Shown: positions 27,366-35,444 of the stretch, in pieces
Numbering within the stretch: the stretch's first letter is position 1
How the letters are laid out: every line of letters starts with the position of its first letter
Source: Bigelowiella natans CCMP2755
Taxonomy: Eukaryota > Protista > Cercozoa
Direction of reading: 5' to 3'
Assembly: GCA_000320545.1 (NCBI GenBank)
Contig: ADNK01001538.1
Span: forward strand, 1 to 35,444
DNA length: 35,444 nt
Program-made: the position numbers and the translations under genes
The notes under the pieces: model-generated
Told to the model about the DNA's origin: nothing
Seen by the model: only the letters and a program-made list of their open reading frames with translations
Databases searched by the model: none

Positions 27366-28090
27366 GACAAATTTCCGGGCGAATAGTGCCAATACTCAGT
27401 GAGCTGGCGAGGAAGCGCACGTGCGTGCGCAGCTATGAAAATGAATTTATCATCATGATCGAACGATATATAGTTCTGAGATTCTTACAGCGTGCCGTTC
27501 CTGCACATATTGCTTCGCTCTGGCACTTATTGGGCACGAATGTATTTTAAGTAACGATATGCTTACATGCTGGCAGCCGCGGCGCCACATTATCTAGATA
27601 CCATATTAGATATAATCTAGATAATCGCTAGTCAGAAAAAAAACAATTCAATAAATCTCGTAAGCCTGGGCCCTTACAGCATATAGGCCGCAAACAAGAT
27701 GGCGCATATGTTACATATCATGATTCATCCTACGTGTCTTCCGCACTTGGTCTGCTGCGCAATGCATGCATGAGGAGGCGGTCAGACATGGGAGCTACTT
27801 TGTTAAATGTAAAATTTTGCAATATAACGTTCATTTTTGCAGATAAAACCAAACCCTTCTTACATCATTCACTCATTATTCCAATTAGGTTGGACTTGGG
27901 TGTGCAGCTGTACCCTCTACGCAGTGAGGTGCATCCGCTCTCGACATATCACGAGAGCAACTAATTGATCGATTCCGTCCATGGAATCATGAAATGCTAT
28001 GCATATACTAGCGAATTGTGCTGTATCGTGGGAATCCCTTCTCGACTCCATCGTTGTGCGACCCCACCGCCACCCTCTCCCCCGAGGCCA

Positions 28091-28449
28091 TCACTGTTCG
28101 TTCTTCGCACGGCCGCCAGGGCCTCGGTCATGCGCTAAACTCGCCCGACTCAAGACGAGCAGAATCGTGGAGCCGGTGAGAACGAACGTGGAGATGCCAG
28201 CTACTCTACGGACGCTCAACCGCTGTCGCGGGGTCAGTTTCTTGTACCGAAGCAAGGCCTTCTCCCACACAGAGTCCACAACGAAGTAGCAGCCGTGCCA
28301 TAGCATGCCGGACAGCTGCTCCAGGGCATAACCCCTCCACATCGTCAGCCAGCCGCTCTTCCGCAGCAGCATCTGTCAGTGGCAGAGAAATTCGTTTTTA
28401 CGAGGTCGGGTTACGGAGTTGGGAGAAGAGCGAGAAGGAGCAAGTGAGC

Positions 28450-28489
<40 letters not shown>

Positions 28490-29497
28490 GAAAAGATTTG
28501 GCTACACAAGACAAACACTTTACGCAAGATCGCAATCAAGCTGCTATGTTTCGATGTGATACACAAAAACATGTTGTAGAAAGAAACATCTACCATCACC
28601 ATCACCATCATCATCATCATCATCATCATCATTATCACCATAACCATAAATTCTCATCATCGTGCCGTCATCATATCATCAGCGACGTAATAACGAAGCT
28701 CGGGAGAGCGACTACTACTTACGTTTCCGGCGGTTTGGGCCTCTGTGTTAGAAGATATCGGGACGTTGACGACGTGGTTCACGAACATCGCTCGCAACGG
28801 ATACAACAAGCTGAAAACGTTTCCAGCCTGCACGGGGATGGGACGTGTATGATGATGGCAGTTAGGCCAATGATTCGTGTAAAGTGAAGTCGGTGTGTTG
28901 TTGATGTGGTAGAGAAAGATGGAGACTTTTAATTCTTCTATGCTTTCCTCAAGATGATGAGTATAATCATCACCGTCATTACCATCATCGTCATCATCGT
29001 CGCCATCATCATCATCACTATCACATGATCATGTGTGCGAAAATTGTTATTCTTACATGCGCTGGGGCGCTATCGTCGGGGTATATGAGATTCATGCGGT
29101 ACGGCTGCCCTTGCAAGAAGCTCGCCATTGAGCCAAGCAAAGCACTAAATGACACTTGCCTGAAAGCGAGGGGGTGTTTAATTTGTGTGTGTGCGCGCGC
29201 GTGAGCACGTGAGTGTATTTATGTATATAATTACTGACAATACGCTGAATGCCAATCCCATTTCAGAATAAAGTAGGATGCAAAACAAATAAGCTATGGG
29301 GAAGATAAAAGAGATCCCTTCTTAAGTTGAGGAATGTTAGTGTTAATGAATACATTGCTCTCTCGATGAGAAGAAGGGAAGCCCCTCCAAACAACGCCGA
29401 TTTGTAGAACATCAGTTGCGATGATATCCGTCTGGAAATTGAACGCAGAGTGAAAGAACATGTTGAAGAGGATATAACAGTGAATCCGATTGTATAC

Positions 29498-29545
<48 letters not shown>

Positions 29546-32198
29546 CGACACGAACACATAAGAACGAACGCTGCGCATGAAAGGCAGATGTACGCACGAG
29601 TTCTTTGGCGGTGCGATCTTGTTTCGTGAAATTACGATTTCCTTGGTGATATCCACCACCCCCATGCCATCAACGGGAACGCCTATCAGCATTATGTGTA
29701 CAAATCAGGTGAGGGAAAGAGAATCGGGAGAGGGGAGGGTAATTTAAAACGTATTCGATACTTTGTGTCAGTGCAGAAGCGCGTGTGCGTGTGCGTGTGC
29801 GTGTGCGTGTGCGTGTGCGTGCGTGCGGTGGTGAAGGTCGTTACGATTTGCTCCGATAAGTCCAAGAGCCATTTGTGATACCGCGGAATTGACGAGATGA
29901 TTAAGTAGAAACCTATCATATACGAGGAGGACGAAGGGGAGGGAAACCGTCGAGAAAGAATGAGAGCGAAACATAGCCAAGCAGGGAAATTTCCGATCAC
30001 TGTGCGTCTCCGTTCTGAATGCAATTGTGCATCCAAAGAATAAATAGACACAGAGCATCGACGGCATTTCGCATCTCTGAGCAATACTTTGGTAAACGGG
30101 CTCGTTCCTAGCGTGGTACCTTGGAAAATCAATCCCCAGTTTTTGCAGCCCTGTCATCGCTTTGAGAAATGTGATCTCCTTACCATTCGTCAACACGGTG
30201 AAGAGCGCATGCGACTTCACCCCCATCTCAAAGTAAAGGGCCGAGCAAACCAGCGAGAGGCAGAAGCCTGGCAAATGTGTCGGTATGTGTGGAAAACATT
30301 GATATCGCCAATCTTCCTCGCCCCCCCTCCCCCCTAGCAAAATGCAGTGTGCAACCTACGACGCGAGGCTTGAGTCCGGTCGTGGCGATCTTCCACCAGC
30401 CTTGCCGCCACTGCTCACTTCCAAATGGCGAGCCGCCCCCCAGTAGCTGCTTGGTTGTCGCTGCGATTGATACGGAGCCTGGGGAGGATGCATGCACAAC
30501 GTGGACGTTGAATACTGGCTGTGAGAGAACAGCCCACAAAGCCTGAACGACGAAGTGCTTCCAGAAACGCACGCCGAATGCCTCCGTAGTAGTGATACTG
30601 TCCCTGAGGTATGTGCGCAATGATGATGATGATAATAACTATGATAATTATAATGATGATGCTAATGATGATGGGCGGGTGAGTGTAGTCAGCAAGGCAT
30701 GGCTGATGCGCTGAATGAGTGCAAAGCCCTCCGAAAATGCTAGAGAAATGTGGGATTTTTCGCAAAATCTCTATTTATTCGTTAAAAGATAAGGCTATGT
30801 AACCAGAAGGCTTCCAAATAAGACATCTCCTGCTCCTTTTCCCTAGACGCAATCTTCCTGGACAAGTCGCTCGCGACAACTTGCATCATCGGATATCTCC
30901 ATTTTGCGGCAATGAAAGATTTTCGCAGGCTTAGTCGTCTCACGTTTATCGACTTCCCTACCAACACACGCACACGGAAAAGTGAGCTGGGGGAGTAAAA
31001 CACAACAGCAAATGATCGAAGGCATTACGACTTCACACTCATTGACCTTTAGAGACAATCACGCATAGCGTGGCTTTTGCCGCTTGATCATTTTCGTAGA
31101 TTTCCTTCCACGCGTCTTCAACGAGTTCAGATGTAAGCTCGTTCGAGTGTGCTTTCACCGTTTGCTGCAGCGCTCTCAACTTGGAATCAATCGATTCCTT
31201 CTTCTCCCGTCGTCCTTTTTGCTTCGATATTTTCTCCTCTGGAGCAGTCGACGATTTCGATGATGGTTGCGCCGAAGATGAGGGCTTTTCAGCGCTGCCG
31301 CTCTTTTCCACAGCTTTAGATTCCTTTTCGTCGGTCATTTTATCGGTCATTTTATCGGTCTTTTGAGTTCCTTCTTCAGCTATTCCTTTTCCGGCATTCT
31401 CATCTTTTTCATCAAGAATTTCTTCCTTTCTCTCTGCGTCTTCAGATGCTTTCGCTTTTCCTGTGGCTTTCTCTTTGCTGTCCGTCTCTTTCTTCTCTGA
31501 TCCACCACCCTCCTTTTCCCCATTCTTACTCTTATGCTCTTCTTTTCGGTCTTTTATGTCCCCATTCTCTCCTGTTTTCTTTTTCTTCTCTTCCTCTTCC
31601 TTTTCCATCTTCTTCTTCCTTTTCTGGTTCTCTTTTTCTTCCAGTAGTCGAGCCCCCTTCTCAACCATTCTCCGGGCGAAACTAATTTCCACGATGTCCC
31701 CAACCTTCGCCAGCCATTTCCAGCAATCTGCCCACATTGTTTATTTTCGCAGCAGTAGTAAGCACATCATTAGAGCAAATAGAAGATTTGAAAAGAGCAC
31801 GAATGGCAGCAACGAGGAATTCATACCATCCTCTTAAGGCAAGCTCAAAAGCATCGTCGCACGGCGAAAAAATAGAATTTCTGCAATATTTAAGCCGAAA
31901 CGTTTTGAAATGTGAAGGCAAAGAACCGAACTCTATTTACCTGCAACGTGTCTCAACTGGCTTCCCTTTTGGATCTTCCCTTCTTTCTTCTTCGCCTCAT
32001 CCTTCATTTCACCGTCTCTCTTGCTGTCCCCATCTCGTTTCTCAATGGCCAGCGGAGTGGGCTCGTTGCTGTAATCGTCTTCCTCCTTTAACGCCTTCTC
32101 CCTTCGCAATTGGATTTGCCGCTTTATGCGGTTCAATCTTGTCGAGACCTGTGACCAAAGGAACGTTATTCGGGAAGGAGATGACGACGGAAAGAGAC

Positions 32199-32245
<47 letters not shown>

Positions 32246-35147
32246 ACGTCTTTGCGTAAAGGCGGTTGACATATCGTCGCAAGAAAAGAATTTTCAATGT
32301 GCACACTGATCCTCCCTCACCTTTTTATTTATTCGAACGTTGAGCTCTGCATGATGGCGAGGAAAGCTTGCCCACACTGCATCGAGAACCTACGTATGTA
32401 TTCCTTCCATTTATACTGTGACTTTAGTGTGAAACGGGCATTTGCTGACGACGGTGGCACGATCATTCTATTGTGTTTGTGAGAATATAATCCAGAAGTA
32501 AGCATCGTCAGCTCAACCATGCACACTGCGACGTGTGAGAGTGATAGTGATGCAGCGTTGGGAGGGGTACCACGAATAGCCGTTTGTTCTTCGCAAGCGC
32601 AACCGGATATTTCTTTGTCGTCTCTGTGGTGTTGGTGCTTTCGCTGCCGCCTTCCCTCCAGTTATCTTCATCAACGACATACCATTCGTCCCCTGTATAG
32701 TGCGTGCGTGCGTGTGTGCGTTGATACTCGCAAGTAGAGCAGAAGAGGAGAGGATTGGATTTCCCCATCCAACAAAGTGCTGCTGCGGCAATACAAAGCA
32801 CGCATTTCCCCGGGTCATCACTCTATCTACAACCCCCCCCCCCCCCCCCCCACCTTCAACTCGGATCTTGAAGCTGACGTTGTTGATGCTAGGAGCGGAT
32901 GCATCGATCGGGTGTGACAGCGCAGATCCAATCAATTCTACTGACGACGACGTCGTCGAATAGGACGCTGCATTGGTCGCAAAACCGAGGCAGTCCTTCA
33001 GCCATGAGAAACCAGTAAACATGAACCCGTCGGCCCTGGCGACATTCTCTGCCCCCTCCTTCCCCTGTTTCCCCCCTTTCACATCGCTCTTCGATTCCCC
33101 CCCCCCTCTCTTTTCACTGATGTCGTCGTCGCCGTCGTCGACAAGTACCAGTGCGGCATGGACCATAGGCCCTTTCCACCCGATTATTGCCCCTATATTC
33201 ACGTCCTCGAGAGGCACCGTGCATGAGAGTGTCACTTCGTAGGAGAAGGGAGAGGAGGGCGGGGGGGAGGCTTTGCTGTCATCCTCCTTGCCGCCGACTT
33301 TGCCGTCGATCGGCACTCGCGGTAGCTGCAGCTCGAAGACCGAGTCAGCGCAGTTCCACATGTGAACTCTCCCAGCGGCAAGGCCCGAAGCCAAGGAATA
33401 TTCGTCCAGATCGCTGGAGCCGATGATGACGGCGGCGGATATGGAGATGGCGTTAGATATGACGATGATGGCAATACAAGCATGCTGCTGCTGCTGCTGC
33501 TGGTGGTGGTGGTGGTGGTGGTGGTGGTGGTGATAATAAAGGAATAGGACAGTCAAATTGTAAGGTTCTACATATACGTTTGCTGAGCAGTTCTGCCCAT
33601 GAGTATCATCATATCTACGATACGATCGACATCATCAGTCGCTCACACCACCTGCTAGGTCGCGCCATAGCAGCCTCCTTGACCGCACCCCGTCCCTCCT
33701 TTAGAGAGAAGATGGAGGGATGGAAGAGCCTGTTCTTTGAGTAGAAGTGGGGAATCTGGACGTCAAAACGAGCTTCCGTTGCCTTCATATCCACGTGGCA
33801 CGCAGCTACCGTGTAGAAGTAATCGATCACCTTGTAGGAAAGGAAAAGAATCAGCACACTTCGCGTGTGACGATAATCGTAAATCGGCCTGCGTGCTGCT
33901 GAAAACGGCAGCATCACCACCAACCCTCCACAATATAGAATAAGGGCGGAGGAATGCCACCGGAACGCTCTGCGCCGCAGATGGTATCGTGGCACTACTT
34001 CGATTCGTAAGTAAGGTTGATTGAAATCCGCCACTCTATATCATTAGCACGAAAACCGATTCCCTAGACGGTGTGCGTGCGTGCGTGTGTTTGTGTTGCA
34101 TACATCTTCTAGCAGCATCCAGAAAGTGCCATCTTCCGAGTTCTTGTTCATCTTGGCGGCAAGTTTTTGTCCAAGCGTGCTCCACAGTCGTGAGCCGTCG
34201 TTGAACGCGCCCTTCCACTCCAAGAAACCCCACGGGTTGCGTAGCTTCACGAGCCGGTAGGTCAGCCCGTCCTCCGAGGCCACCGAGACGACATCGAGGA
34301 TGCTGTGGTGCGGGGATAAACGCAGGTGCCATGATGCGGTGTGTACACTCCCTCAAGTGCATGGAAGTTTGTTGTTGGTGTTGTTGTCGTTGTCGTCGTC
34401 GTTGATGTTGTTGTTGGTAGTGAGAGTGGTGGCGGTGGTGGTGGTGGTGGTGACATCGTGTGCATCCATTAAAGATACTAGGCTATACCTATAGGCGTGT
34501 GAGGGGCTAAGGCCCACAGCGGTGTAGTATGACGAGTCGTCTTGACTCCGTGATTCCAAGCCCATAAGGTGCCCTTGGGAGTGATGGAAGCTGAGAAACG
34601 ACCAAATGTCCTCTTTCGGCGAGCTCCGATCGATTGCACGCATGGTGACCTTGCGTAAGTAATCAAGTATGTCGACAATCAAGACGCATGCATGCGTCAC
34701 ACACTTGTTCGCACGTTGATCGAAGGTCGGATGGAGGGAGGGAGAGAGAGAGAGAAGAAGGGGGGGGGAGGGGTGTAGCACAAGAGCCTAATCTACGGGT
34801 AATGCGTGCCGAAAATTGCGCTCGGTTGCGAATTATGTCCCATCATCATCCTTCATCATTTATTCGTCCATCCGCTGTTTGACTTACTGGAAATCCTGTT
34901 AGCTCGTGTAAGGCCTGCCACCACACCGCGCGGCCGACCCCCAAGCGACCAGCAGAAACAAACACACATACGCACATATGCACGTACGCACAAACCACGC
35001 GAGTAAGAAGTCAGAAATACCACAGAGATACGGTATTGTCTGGCATCAGGCCGGACCCTCAACTGTGAATGTTGGGCGGTCTAAAAGCTATTGCCCGATG
35101 ATGCTTTTCGTGCCAAGAAATCGATGTTTTGAGGATGTGTGCCAGCG

Positions 35148-35187
<40 letters not shown>

Positions 35188-35279
35188 CGAAGCAATGGGA
35201 GAAAATTCTGTCGCGCACTCACCCAAGCAATGCGGCCTCCCTGAAGATTCTTATATCCGCCGTGGGCCTTCGCATATGC
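28091..35279 (-). CDS. Calpain-family cysteine protease, 5' part beyond the window, apparently fused to a C-terminal atypical mitochondrial-carrier (SLC25/MTCH-like) domain
   Basis: Calpain exons: AYAKAHGGYKNLQGGRIAW (35279-35223) | ALHELTGFP | ...GLSPSHAYS | ILDVV...RLVKLRNPWGFLEWKGAFNDGSRLW...DGTFWMLLED | VIDYFYTVAACHV. Catalytic His and Asn are present; the Cys would lie upstream of the window. Later exons chain in phase through a K/E-rich region (31046-31730) into three carrier-like repeats, stop at 28091-28093. Confidence 0.8.
29781..29826 (+). repeat. Hexanucleotide microsatellite (GCGTGT)n, intronic
   Basis: About 7 tandem copies, read directly. Confidence 0.85.
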
Positions 35280-35444
35280 CTGATCCAATGGATTGGTCTC
35301 ATTTCCATCATTTTCGCGGTTTTTCCAACTTCCCTCCCCCCTCCCCCTCCCCTTCAATTCTACCCTTTCATCTAAATGTTTGCTAGCAATACAGGTGTCT
35401 CCTTCTCCTTTTTCTTCTTCTTCTTCTTCTTCTTCTTCTTCTTC

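Noticed and set aside
27590-27630. Repeated TCTAGATA mini-palindromes
   Set aside because: Too short and AT-rich to distinguish from chance.
31682-31921. 79-aa ORF as an extra calpain-gene exon
   Set aside because: Including it creates a stop; the flanking exons join in phase 1 without it.

Overview
Eukaryotic nuclear DNA with compact, intron-rich genes (GT-AG introns, many holding microsatellites). The gene style and a putative signal-plus-transit leader suggest a protist with a secondary plastid, possibly a chlorarachniophyte (inference only). Manual splicing gives seven genes in strictly alternating orientation, plus a doubtful + strand fragment at the left edge: GNAT acetyltransferase (-, 1870-3369); NADPH-dependent FMN reductase (+, 3619-4428); GON4L/YY1AP1/DUO3-like regulator (-, 5295-14902); C2HC zinc finger + LRR gene (+, ~15195-18727) with a 5-nt frameshifting deletion; 19-exon phosphoglucomutase starting MGCGGS (-, 19696-24079); CCDC142/CATCHR-like helical protein (+, 24561-27365); and a 5'-truncated calpain (-, 28091 to beyond 35279) that appears to splice in frame into an atypical three-repeat mitochondrial-carrier domain. 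The strongest leads are the 69-bp LRR array (invariant scaffold, hypervariable ligand-face codons), the calpain/SLC25-like fusion and the acylation-tagged PGM. No rRNA, tRNA, CRISPR array or intact transposon was recognised. All gene models are hand-derived; no searches were run.
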